Source: Candidatus Norongarragalinales archaeon
Lineage (GTDB): Archaea; Micrarchaeota; Micrarchaeia; Norongarragalinales; Norongarragalinaceae
Direction: 5' to 3'
NCBI GenBank assembly: GCA_038884755.1
Contig: JAWABJ010000001.1
Span: forward strand, 96,001-160,000
Length of the DNA: 64,000 nt
The notes below the pieces were generated by a model that had not been told where the DNA came from, ran no database searches, and saw only the letters and a list, made by a program, of their open reading frames with translations. A program made the translations under genes and the position numbers. This document shows, piece by piece, positions 18,774 through 27,262 of the stretch; the stretch's first letter is position 1; the number at the start of each line of letters is the position of its first letter.

Positions 18774-20344
18774 TTTTCCAGCAACGCTTTGACGAACCCG
18801 TCGAACAACGGTTCGGGCTGTTCAAGCCTTGAATCAAACTCGGGATGGTATTGGGAGCCTATTAAGAATTTGTGTCCCTTCAATTCTCCGATTTTTCTTA
18901 TCTCGCGTTTTGGGTCTCGTCCTGAAAAAACCCAGCCTGCTTTTTCCAGGTCGGGAATCAAGTCCGGGTTGATTTCATAGCGGTGGCGAAAACGCTTGTG
19001 GATTTTCTCGCTTTCGTAGCACTCGAACGCCAGCGTTCCCTTTTCCACTTTAACTTCGTAAGCGCCCAAACGCATGGTTCCCCCTTTTTCCTCTACCGAG
19101 TGTTGTTCCGGCAGCAAGCATATCACGGGGTGCTTTGTCGAAGGGTCGATTTCAGTGGTGTGCGCGTCCTTCCACCCGAGCACGTTTCTTGCGCTTTCGA
19201 TTATTGCCAATTGCAACCCGTAGCACAAACCTAAATAGGGGATGTTTTTTTCGCGGGCGTATCTCACTGTCTGGATTATTCCTTCCACTCCCCTTTCCCC
19301 GAATCCCCCGGGAACCACGAATCCGTCGAACTCGCCGAGTTTTTGCGTTCCCGCTTCCACTTTTTCCGAATCTATGAGAACGGCGTTGAGCTTGACGCCG
19401 TTGTTCAGCGCCGCGTGCTGCAGCGCTTCGAAAACGCTCATGTAAGTGTCGCGCGTAGTCGCATATTTCCCGACGACAGCAATCGTTTTTTCCGTTCGCG
19501 GTTTCTTGTCGAGCAACGCCCGCCATTCTTGCAGGTCTTTTTCCTTGAGCTTGAGCGAAAGCTTTTCTGCGATTAGCTTTTCCATACCTTGCTCTTCCAA
19601 AACCAAAGGCAGTTTGTAGACGCTGTCTACGTTTGGAGAGCAGAAAACCGCTTCGGGCGAGACATTGCAGAACATGGCGAGTTTCGCGTGCGCTTCCTTG
19701 TTCAAGCGCTTTTCGCTCCTCGCCACGAGAATGTCGGGCTGGATGCCAGCCGCGAGCAGCATTTTGACTGAATGCTGCATGGGTTTTGTCTTTTGTTCCC
19801 CGGTAGTAATCGTGGGAACGAGCGCAAGGTGTATGAAAACAACTTCGTCCCCGTCGAAGCGCATTTGGCGTATCGCCTCGAGCACTACTTCGCTTTCTAT
19901 GTCGCCCACGGTTCCGCCTATTTCAACAACCAGCACTTCGGCTCCAGTCACTTTAGCGGTGGCACGAATGCGGTGTTTCACTTCATTCGTAACGTGGGGA
20001 ATCATTTGCAGCGTTTTGCCGAGGAATTCTCCCTTGCGTTCTTTTTCGATGACCGCCTTGTAAGCCTGGCCCATCATGAGGTTCTGTTCTTTCCGCGCGA
20101 AAATGTTCAAGAAGCGTTCGTAATTGCCCACATCAAGGTCGCACTCGAACCCGTCTTGAGTGACGAAAACCTCGCCGTGCTCGAACGGGTTGAGCGTGCC
20201 GGCGTCGCAATTCAAATACACGTCTATTTTCATGCAGTTCGCGTCTACGCCCTTGCTTTTGAGAATGCGAGCGATGGAAGAGGATAGCGTTCCCTTTCCG
20301 AGGGAACTCAACACGCCGCCAGTCACGAAAACAAATTTTGCCAT
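18770..20344 (-). CDS. pyrG: CTP synthase
   Basis: TGGVLSSLGKG, HGEVFVT.DG, GGTVGDIES, KTKPMQ, GLCYGLQ, RHRYE, QYHPEF. Confidence 0.98.
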   Translation of the reverse strand: MAKFVFVTGGVLSSLGKGTLSSSIARILKSKGVDANCMKIDVYLNCDAGTLNPFEHGEVFVTQDGFECDLDVGNYERFLNIFARKEQNLMMGQAYKAVIEKERKGEFLGKTLQMIPHVTNEVKHRIRATAKVTGAEVLVVEIGGTVGDIESEVVLEAIRQMRFDGDEVVFIHLALVPTITTGEQKTKPMQHSVKMLLAAGIQPDILVARSEKRLNKEAHAKLAMFCNVSPEAVFCSPNVDSVYKLPLVLEEQGMEKLIAEKLSLKLKEKDLQEWRALLDKKPRTEKTIAVVGKYATTRDTYMSVFEALQHAALNNGVKLNAVLIDSEKVEAGTQKLGEFDGFVVPGGFGERGVEGIIQTVRYAREKNIPYLGLCYGLQLAIIESARNVLGWKDAHTTEIDPSTKHPVICLLPEQHSVEEKGGTMRLGAYEVKVEKGTLAFECYESEKIHKRFRHRYEINPDLIPDLEKAGWVFSGRDPKREIRKIGELKGHKFLIGSQYHPEFDSRLEQPEPLFDGFVKALLEK

Positions 20345-20450
20345 TGTAAACACGCTTTTCCGAAAGTGAAATGCACTACGCTAGTTCACTTGATTCCGGC
20401 AGAATTAGGGTACGCGAAAAGCGTGCCTGAATAAAATTCGAGAAAACGAT

Positions 20451-20458
20451 TTTATAAA
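20451..20458. promoter_or_regulatory. Palindromic TATA box (TTTATAAA) with purine-rich BRE-like flanks on both strands
   Basis: gagaaaacgat-TTTATAAA-ccttttcg; could serve pyrG (-) and/or a + strand RNA starting near 20481. Confidence 0.5.
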
Positions 20459-20481
20459 CCTTTTCGTGGCTTTTGAAAAAA

Positions 20482-20677
20482 CCCGGGGTGCAGGCGGCGC
20501 AGTAACGCAGCCGCCGTGCTATCCCGGGAATCGGGAGGAGCAGAAAGAAGGAGGAACCAAAGTTCCTCCTTTCTAAACCTCTTCCTTTTACCTACTTCTC
20601 CCTCTCTACACCTCTGTGTAGCGAGGCGTTGGCGTTTTTCTTTGGGGTTGACAGACCTTTCTTTCGCAAAGAAAGGG
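20482..20677. other. Structured intergenic region with four consecutive hairpins (candidate ncRNA, terminator or palindrome mosaic)
   Basis: Stems at 20482-20528, about 20542-20574, 20601-20626 and 20656-20676. Confidence 0.55.
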
Positions 20678-20680
20678 ATG

Positions 20681-21037
20681 TCAGTGCCCGATCATGACGG
20701 TCCTCTTGTTTTCGACAGTGACCGCCCTTTTGAGTTTGACCAGCTGGTAGTAGTAGGTCGCGAGGAAGAACGCGGGGAGCGCGAGCAAGTTCATGTTGAG
20801 CAAAAGCCAGGCTCCGACTATCGCGGAGAGGATTGCGTAAACCCTGTAGCGGATGAACATCTTGTAGTTGGGCAAGTGGTCCATCATGTACTCGTAACGC
20901 GTTCCCATCACGAGCAAAGGGCGTTTTGCCTCCGCTACGGTACCGTAAATGCCCACTTGCCCGGGGTAGGGGGTTTGCACTGGCACTGCGGAAGGCATTC
21001 CCGCGGTTTCCTTCAATTCCGTTTGTTCGTTAGCCAT
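20681..21037 (-). CDS. Uncharacterised 2-TM membrane protein (operon gene 6, paralog family)
   Basis: SD GAGGT; VPVQT and TRYEYM motifs; hydrophobic hairpin. Confidence 0.8.
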   Translation of the reverse strand: MANEQTELKETAGMPSAVPVQTPYPGQVGIYGTVAEAKRPLLVMGTRYEYMMDHLPNYKMFIRYRVYAILSAIVGAWLLLNMNLLALPAFFLATYYYQLVKLKRAVTVENKRTVMIGH

Positions 21038-21047
21038 TTTTCATACC

Positions 21048-21446
21048 TCATTTCGTGGAAATCAGCGCTTTGCTTTTAAACCATTCGACGCTCCAAGCGT
21101 AATTAAGCAAAACCTGGCTCCAGAAGTAACCCGTCAAATAAGCGAAGAAAGCGGCAATCCACAAGTTGATGCCGTAAAAGAATATCACGGCGATTAGCGA
21201 AAGCACGCAGTACAACCAAGCTTTGTAGACCGTTCCGAGAGACCCTTCCTTCCATTTTTCCCCAAACCAGTCAGCAATTATTTCACCCCTCGTCTTGACC
21301 ATAAGAGAGTTTACGGGCGTGCCGTCCCCGAACAGCTTGTCGGACTGCATTGGAACGTACAAGTTGGGCGCGGTGCTGGCGCTGAATGCTGTCGCCTGTC
21401 CTTTCGCGCTTGCGTGCGCTTTGAATTCCTTCAAGCTTACCGCCAT
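21048..21446 (-). CDS. Uncharacterised 2-TM membrane protein (operon gene 5, paralog family)
   Basis: SD GAGGGG; VPMQS and TRGEII motifs; hydrophobic hairpin. Confidence 0.8.
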   Translation of the reverse strand: MAVSLKEFKAHASAKGQATAFSASTAPNLYVPMQSDKLFGDGTPVNSLMVKTRGEIIADWFGEKWKEGSLGTVYKAWLYCVLSLIAVIFFYGINLWIAAFFAYLTGYFWSQVLLNYAWSVEWFKSKALISTK

Positions 21447-21458
21447 TCAAATCCCCTC

Positions 21459-21668
21459 TTAAATCCAGTTCAAAACCATTGCCGAATAGGCAATGCTCGC
21501 GAATACTATCGCCCAAATCACTTCGTCGGGCAGGATGAAACTAGGCCCGAACATTGCTTGTTCGAAAGTCCACCCTCCGTTGGCTATGTTCACGAGGCCC
21601 GCGTCTTCAAGCAGGCTAGTTATCTGCATTGCAATGCCCGGTTCGTGGGGCTTGAATTCTTTAGACAT
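21459..21668 (-). CDS. Small protein with C-terminal TM helix (operon gene 4)
   Basis: 69 aa; SD-like GGTG; tight packing in operon. Confidence 0.7.
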   Translation of the reverse strand: MSKEFKPHEPGIAMQITSLLEDAGLVNIANGGWTFEQAMFGPSFILPDEVIWAIVFASIAYSAMVLNWI

Positions 21669-21780
21669 GTTTCACACCACACTTGCAAACGGCGTATTCC
21701 CGCTGGTAGTCGAAGGCTTTCGCTGCCACCGCGGTCCACGCGTTTTTTTCTCCCACGAAGTACACTATTTCTTTTTGCAT
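21661..21780 (-). CDS. 39-aa microprotein (operon gene 3, not in ORF track)
   Basis: MQKEIVYFVGEKNAWTAVAAKAFDYQREYAVCKCGVKHV; ATG is 1 nt after upstream stop, and its end overlaps the next ATG. Confidence 0.6.
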   Translation of the reverse strand: MQKEIVYFVGEKNAWTAVAAKAFDYQREYAVCKCGVKHV

Positions 21781-21781
21781 T

Positions 21782-22147
21782 TTAGTCCACCAGCACTATA
21801 GACCTGTACTTTCCGAAGGTTCTGGTAATGAACGCGTCCATCCACGCTATGTCTTGAAAGCGAGCTGCCAGCGCTATCATTAGCAGTCCGCCAGGCGGGA
21901 AAGCTTGCAGCGTGAGGATTCCGAATATGAAGCAGAATATGGCTTTCACCATGTTTTTGTAACGGTCTTTTTCGTACCCCACGTATTCCGCGAGGTAGTC
22001 GTACCTCTTGTGTTGCTTCATGAAAGGCGGGCTTCCCGGTTTTACGTACAAGGGCAAGAACGACCTTTGAGGTTGGCCTGCGGCTGCTCCTGCGCCGGTA
22101 GACGCGCCGATTTGCTGCACTTCCCTCACGGGCACTTCAGCAGTCAT
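21782..22147 (-). CDS. Uncharacterised 2-TM membrane protein (operon gene 2, paralog family)
   Basis: SD GAGGT; LPLYV and KRYDYL motifs; hydrophobic hairpin. Confidence 0.8.
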   Translation of the reverse strand: MTAEVPVREVQQIGASTGAGAAAGQPQRSFLPLYVKPGSPPFMKQHKRYDYLAEYVGYEKDRYKNMVKAIFCFIFGILTLQAFPPGGLLMIALAARFQDIAWMDAFITRTFGKYRSIVLVD

Positions 22148-22158
22148 TTTTCACAACC

Positions 22159-22521
22159 TCAAGTTCCTTCCAAAATCTCGCGCTTTTTGTTGACTTCATT
22201 GAAGAAAAACGCTTTCCTGGCGTAAACTCCCCACGCCCAGCCTGCCATCAAAGCCAAAACGCCCGAGACCAGGATACTCCAGCCCAAGGCGTAAAGCGCC
22301 CCAACGCCAAGAACTACGGCCGCAACGCGGGAAATCTGGATGAGCCTCCAATTGCCGAGTTCGAAGTCCATGTACTCCTGCCTGGTTGAAACCTTCATTA
22401 CCCCTTTTCCTTCGGTTTGCACTGGAAGCCATACGGGAGAATAAGTCCACTCGTGGCCCGAAGCGTGGCTGTTGCCTTTAGCCATGCCCTTCAAACCCTG
22501 CAAGTCGGTCTTAACTATCAT
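22159..22521 (-). CDS. Uncharacterised 2-TM membrane protein (operon gene 1, paralog family)
   Basis: ATG at 22521 with SD GGAGG; LPVQT and TRQEYM motifs; hydrophobic hairpin. Confidence 0.8.
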   Translation of the reverse strand: MIVKTDLQGLKGMAKGNSHASGHEWTYSPVWLPVQTEGKGVMKVSTRQEYMDFELGNWRLIQISRVAAVVLGVGALYALGWSILVSGVLALMAGWAWGVYARKAFFFNEVNKKREILEGT

Positions 22522-22562
22522 TTTTCCTCCCCCTTTTGCTGTATTACTCCTTGTTTTCATTA

Positions 22563-22570
22563 TTTATAAA
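22563..22570 (-). promoter_or_regulatory. Putative TATA box of the six-gene membrane operon
   Basis: TTTATAAA about 40 nt upstream of the ATG at 22521. Confidence 0.55.
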
Positions 22571-22761
22571 CTTGTCGGTAGTAACAACTAGGAGGGCAAA
22601 GCGCCGGAAAACAGCCTTGCAGCCTATATTATATAGGTTTTCGAGCATAAGGGTGTAAGGCTGATCGTTTTCGGCCGGCTTTCGGAAATAGGGGTAGTGA
22701 AGTTTAAATACCGTCGATTCTTTCCGAAGGATTTTTCGACAGGAAGCGAATTTTGGAAAGG

Positions 22762-22914
22762 TTTAAAAAGGGAGTTTTGGATATACCTTAACTTGCGTTC
22801 AACCCGCAGCAGGTAGTTTCCCAATGCGGCGTTGTAGGCGAGTGCATATCCTTCATAGGAAAGTAAGAACAGAGAGGAAAAAACAAACTACTGTCGAAAG
22901 ACAGAGGTGGTTAC
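22762..22914 (+). promoter_or_regulatory. Putative S-layer promoter and long 5' leader
   Basis: ggaaagg-TTTAAAAA at 22762; CTGTC-GAAA-GACAG hairpin at 22891-22904 abutting SD GAGGTGG. Confidence 0.5.
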
Positions 22915-25497
22915 GTGAAAAGTATGAATGCAAAGAGAATTGCTGCCGCCGCTGCTGGCGCTGCAATGTTGGGCGCTGCTTTTGCAGGAGCCGTTAGCGT
23001 GGACGAAGCTGGCATGTCAGGTTTCCAGTGGGTCAGCAACGGTAGCCCGAATGTAGTTTTAGTTGTAGGCTCTCGCAGTATGCCTTCCGACGCAGTTGCT
23101 GCAGCCAACGTTGCCGCAATGATCGGAAACTTGGCGTACACGAGCGGTGCTGCTGTTGAAATCACCGGCACTGACTTGCTGACTTGCACCGGCGGTTCCG
23201 GTGGAAGCGCAACCACGACTTTGACCGTGGAGACTCCTGGAGTCAACCCGGCTTTGGCGTACCAAATCAAGTCGTACGTTAACGACTATGTGGACGACCA
23301 GGCTGACAACGTGAGGGACACGACCAGGACTTTGATGACTACTTTCTCGAGCCAGAACGCGACCAACGTGTCTGTAAGCGGAAACCCGAATGCGGTTACT
23401 CCCGACGACACTCAGGTTTTGGCTTTGCCGAGCAACGGCGCAATCGCCAACCCGAAGGGCTTGACCATCAAGGAAGACCAGAGGGTGTACGTTTCGGCCA
23501 ACACCGTTTACGACACTTCTGACGACAGGCTTGAGGGACAGAGCGCCCGCGTTGCTTACGAGGTTTCCTTTGCGGACCCGATTCCGGTCTGTTTGGATAC
23601 CACCAAGTCGCAGGCTACCTGCTCTCAATCGGACTTGATCACCAAGAACCGCATCAAGATAACTTTCTTGGGCGACACTTGGGTGTTGGTTCCTTCGTCC
23701 AGCGGTGCTGCGACCTGGGGATTGAACACTGACGCCACCACCTCGATTTCCACCATCGCAATGGGTAAGGAAGTCGACTACAAGAGCTTCATGGTGCCTG
23801 GAGACTCGACCACTCTTTCCGACGGAAAGAAGGTCGTGCTGAGCGACATCACCGGCATCGGAACTGGTACGAACACCCAGACCAGGGTTACGTTCCAAGT
23901 TTACGACGCGAACGGCGGTTTGCTCGACCAGACCACGCTCTATCCTCTCGAAACCTACGACAAGAACGGAGTCGTAATCTTCGTTTGGGACGTAGTCGGA
24001 GGCGCTTTGGGTGGAACCAACTACGCTGAAGTTTCCCTCTTCGGAAACAGGCTCGTCATCGAAGACGGCAAGAAGGTTTCCGGACAAGGAGACTGGTACG
24101 CTGAAATCCAGACGCAAAACGTTTCCACGTCGCAAGGTTTGCAGAAGGTCGTCCTCATGGACACGACCACGATTGCGAACTTGGCGCCCGGAGACAGCCT
24201 GCAGTTGATAAAGAACATTCCTGGCTTGAAGCTGAGCTTCAGCGGAATCGACTTGAAGGACGACGATTACGACAATCTCACCTTCACCCTGCAGAAGAAC
24301 GCGACCATCAGCGTCGCCTCTGGAAGGACGATTTCGGGAGACTTCATCCAAGTCTCTTCGACCAAGAGCAACGCGTTCTACCAATCCGGACAGACTGACA
24401 CTTCGGGTGTCAGCAGCGTGTACGTGATGGTGAGCAACTTCGCCAACTCGTCTACCGGAACGCAGAACTACTACGCCACGACCATCTTCTACCAGAACAG
24501 CACTTCCGAGTGGGTTGCTGGCACGAACGCAAGCGTTGCTGGAGACCAGCTTGGAGTAAATGTCTCTACTACCACGTTGACGTACTACTACTCGTCAACC
24601 GAAACCGCGACCATCCGCTTCATGCAAGCGTTGAACGGAACCAGCTCGACCACGCTGAACAACGACGCGTTCGTAATCGCAGTTCCCGAGGGAACTGAAG
24701 ATTCCGACACCAGCGCGACGGTTGCGGACAACGGCGGGACTGCACAACCGTACTGGACGATTATTTACGACCAGGACGCGAGGCAGTTTGTGAGCGACAT
24801 CAACTCTACCACGATTGGAACCAACCCGTTCGGTTACGAAGCCAACAGTGCGACTGACGCGACTGGAAACTTCCTTAGGGGTGCGTTCAACTCGACTGGC
24901 GGAGTTTCGTTCGCGAACGTCGAACCCAAATACATCTCTTACAGGGGTAGCGTGGCAAACGGATTCGGAACCGATTCAGTCTCTCTGAAGTACGCGAAGA
25001 AAATCGGGCACGGTGTGTACTTGTTGACCAAGGCTGGCACTGCCGGCACTGACAACAAGGTAACCAAGGACTTCAAGGCAGGCGAAACTGCTTTGGACGA
25101 CTCTGGCTACAAGGTCACCGTTGACGCGATTAACGCGGCTGGAGCAGGCGGTGCTATCGGCGGAACCGACAACTTGAAGGTAATGGCAAACGGAGTTGAA
25201 GTCAGCTCTTTGGATGCCGTGGTTCCTCTGGACACCAGCTCTGCGCCTTTGGTAGTGTTGGACACCAACCCGCTCGCGAGCGGCTCGTCCAGCGTGATCA
25301 CCTTCGGTGGTCAAATGGTCAACAGCGTTTCGGCCAGTGCTTTGGCTGGAGCTGAGTTGACTCCCGGAAGCGAGCCTGTCGTGAAAGTGGTTGGCAGCAA
25401 GATCGTCGTTGCAGGTTACGACGCTGCTGGAACTACCGAAGCCGCCAACACGCTCATCGCGTGGTTGAGCGACAACAGGGACGCCATCAGGGGCTAA
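22915..25497 (+). CDS. S-layer glycoprotein
   Basis: Signal peptide KRIAAAAAGAAMLGAAFA; N-terminal VVG....SD.VAAA..AA.IG and C-terminal GGQMVN...IVVAG..A..T..AA segments typical of Methanococcus/Thermococcus-type S-layers; Thr/Ser/Asn-rich with many N-x-S/T sequons; strong codon bias. Confidence 0.9.
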   Translation: MKSMNAKRIAAAAAGAAMLGAAFAGAVSVDEAGMSGFQWVSNGSPNVVLVVGSRSMPSDAVAAANVAAMIGNLAYTSGAAVEITGTDLLTCTGGSGGSATTTLTVETPGVNPALAYQIKSYVNDYVDDQADNVRDTTRTLMTTFSSQNATNVSVSGNPNAVTPDDTQVLALPSNGAIANPKGLTIKEDQRVYVSANTVYDTSDDRLEGQSARVAYEVSFADPIPVCLDTTKSQATCSQSDLITKNRIKITFLGDTWVLVPSSSGAATWGLNTDATTSISTIAMGKEVDYKSFMVPGDSTTLSDGKKVVLSDITGIGTGTNTQTRVTFQVYDANGGLLDQTTLYPLETYDKNGVVIFVWDVVGGALGGTNYAEVSLFGNRLVIEDGKKVSGQGDWYAEIQTQNVSTSQGLQKVVLMDTTTIANLAPGDSLQLIKNIPGLKLSFSGIDLKDDDYDNLTFTLQKNATISVASGRTISGDFIQVSSTKSNAFYQSGQTDTSGVSSVYVMVSNFANSSTGTQNYYATTIFYQNSTSEWVAGTNASVAGDQLGVNVSTTTLTYYYSSTETATIRFMQALNGTSSTTLNNDAFVIAVPEGTEDSDTSATVADNGGTAQPYWTIIYDQDARQFVSDINSTTIGTNPFGYEANSATDATGNFLRGAFNSTGGVSFANVEPKYISYRGSVANGFGTDSVSLKYAKKIGHGVYLLTKAGTAGTDNKVTKDFKAGETALDDSGYKVTVDAINAAGAGGAIGGTDNLKVMANGVEVSSLDAVVPLDTSSAPLVVLDTNPLASGSSSVITFGGQMVNSVSASALAGAELTPGSEPVVKVVGSKIVVAGYDAAGTTEAANTLIAWLSDNRDAIRG

Positions 25498-25500
25498 AAC

Positions 25501-25560
25501 CAGGGAAAGCCCTTTTTATTTTCTTTTTTCGACCCTCTCTTTTTTTTAGGGGAGGGTTCC
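25501..25560 (+). terminator. Probable S-layer terminator
   Basis: GGG-AAAG-CCC hairpin followed by long T tracts. Confidence 0.55.
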
Positions 25561-25623
25561 TACTTCTTTTCGTTCTAAACCGCCTATCGCGGTTTTTTGT
25601 TTTTTTTCAAGAGGTTTTTCGGC

Positions 25624-26283
25624 TTGAACAAGACTTGGTTCATTCGCGCTGGCTTGGTTTTTCTCATCCTCTCGTTCTTCATAGGGTTTTTTTGGCCTAT
25701 TCTCTTCACTCCTGACTCGCAGCAATCGCCTTCTGTCAGTCCCACGCCTGGTTTGCCTTCGTTCACTTCGAGCGACAACACTACTGCGACGGTGAAAAAG
25801 CTTGAAAACAGGCTTATTTTCTTCTGCCAGGACGCCGGGCAAGAGCAGCTTGCGCAAATCGCGGCAGGCTTGCGGGCTGTAGAGGGGGTGGAACGCGTTT
25901 TGTCCGGCTCGACGGTATTCGACGTTTCGCTTTCCAAAAACGCTTCTTCAAGTTCCTTGAGTTCGCTTGAGCAAGCGTTTTCTTCCTTGTGCCCGTCGGG
26001 AAGCGGGTTCAGGCGAGCGGCAGAGTTGGATTTCGCTTCTTCAGTGACGTTCACTCCGCCTCAGGGCTTCGACCCTATAGTCGCGCGCTTGCCTTCGACG
26101 TTGTGCAGGCAGCCTAACTGGAGCTGCCTGGTTTTGCTTTCCACGCAGGAAAACGCGACAATATCTGCAATAGTCACTTTAACGCGTGCCGAGGACGGCA
26201 GCGAACAAGGCGTGGTGCAGGAAGTGCCAGGCTTGGACGCCTTGCCTTCACCCTCGCCTTTCCCGTCGCCGAGCGCGTCTTGA
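25624..26283 (+). CDS. Membrane-anchored extracellular hypothetical protein
   Basis: TTG start with SD GAGGT; N-terminal TM, Ser/Pro linkers, 4 Cys. Confidence 0.65.
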   Translation: MNKTWFIRAGLVFLILSFFIGFFWPILFTPDSQQSPSVSPTPGLPSFTSSDNTTATVKKLENRLIFFCQDAGQEQLAQIAAGLRAVEGVERVLSGSTVFDVSLSKNASSSSLSSLEQAFSSLCPSGSGFRRAAELDFASSVTFTPPQGFDPIVARLPSTLCRQPNWSCLVLLSTQENATISAIVTLTRAEDGSEQGVVQEVPGLDALPSPSPFPSPSAS

Positions 26284-26398
26284 AAACGCTTAAAAACTTT
26301 GCACGCGCAGTTTATGTTGCTGCGTTCGTCTTGCTTTTTTCCCGTGAACGGCTTTTGCGCGCTTTTGTTTTTTTTGACTTGTTTAAGAGGGTGTTTTC

Positions 26399-27067
26399 TT
26401 GAAGGAAGGGGATTTTGCTGAAGTTGATTTCACGGGAAAAACCGACGGCAGGGTTTTCGAAACCACGCTTGCTGAAGACGCGAAGAAAGCAGGGCTTTAC
26501 GACGAAAAGCGGGTTTTCAAGCCAGTTTTGATTGTCGCCGGAAAGCGCATGCTCGTTTCGGGCTTGGACGATGAAATTGTGAAAGCCGGGGAAAACGGTT
26601 CCGGGGCAATAACCCTTGCGCCGGAAAAGGCGTTCGGCCAGAGGAACCCTAACCTCGTGCGCTTGATTTCTTTGAGCAAGTTTCAAGAACAGGGAATCAC
26701 TCCCGCGCCTGGAATGACTTTGGAAATAGACAACATGCCTGCGAGAGTGGTTTCGGCAGAAGGAGGGCGGGTGAAAGTGGATTTAAACCACCCTCTGGCG
26801 GGGAAAACCATCGACTATTCTTTTGCGGTGAAAAAGGTTTACGCCGACGCTTCTTCCAAAGTGCAGGCTGTAGCTTCCAACTTGTTTTCTCAAACCGGCG
26901 TTTCGGCGAAGCTCGACGGCCCGACCGCGAGGTTCTTCGTTCCAGCCGGAGTGCGCAAGGACGCCGCTTTCCTCGAGCAGAAGTTCAAGAGCATTGAAAT
27001 GCTTTTGGCTTTCGCGCCCGAAGTCAAGAAAGTGGTTTTTGAAGAGGAGTATTCGGCGCAGCAATAA
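26399..27067 (+). CDS. FKBP-type peptidyl-prolyl isomerase (long archaeal SlyD-like)
   Basis: G.VFETT, PEKAFG.R, VDLNHPLAGK motifs. Confidence 0.93.
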   Translation: MKEGDFAEVDFTGKTDGRVFETTLAEDAKKAGLYDEKRVFKPVLIVAGKRMLVSGLDDEIVKAGENGSGAITLAPEKAFGQRNPNLVRLISLSKFQEQGITPAPGMTLEIDNMPARVVSAEGGRVKVDLNHPLAGKTIDYSFAVKKVYADASSKVQAVASNLFSQTGVSAKLDGPTARFFVPAGVRKDAAFLEQKFKSIEMLLAFAPEVKKVVFEEEYSAQQ

Positions 27068-27134
27068 AGATTTTAAAGTGGGACTTTCTATCACAGGTTT
27101 AGAAAAAGTTTTTCCTTAAAGGTGTGGCCCGCCG

Positions 27135-27242
27135 GTGAAAGACGTTCCTTTGGACGAGTTGATTTCAATCCAAGACCACGAGCGCGTGGCGGTCGCTTTC
27201 CTGGCGATAGCGTTTGCGGTCGCGCTTTTCTACGCGATTTGA
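27135..27242 (+). CDS. Possible 35-aa tail-anchored microprotein (not in ORF track)
   Basis: GTG start after AAGGTG; MKDVPLDELISIQDHERVAVAFLAIAFAVALFYAI. Confidence 0.4.
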   Translation: MKDVPLDELISIQDHERVAVAFLAIAFAVALFYAI

Positions 27243-27262
27243 TTTCCTTCCTTTTTCACGCT

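Noticed and set aside
20482..20677. Possible SRP RNA, RNase P RNA or 5S rRNA
   Set aside because: No CAGG-GNRA-AGCA helix 8 arrangement, no GAGGAAAGUCC motif and no 5S consensus; kept only as an unknown structured element
20516..21079. 187-aa plus-strand ORF across the hairpin region
   Set aside because: Antisense to an SD-led operon gene, with implausible composition
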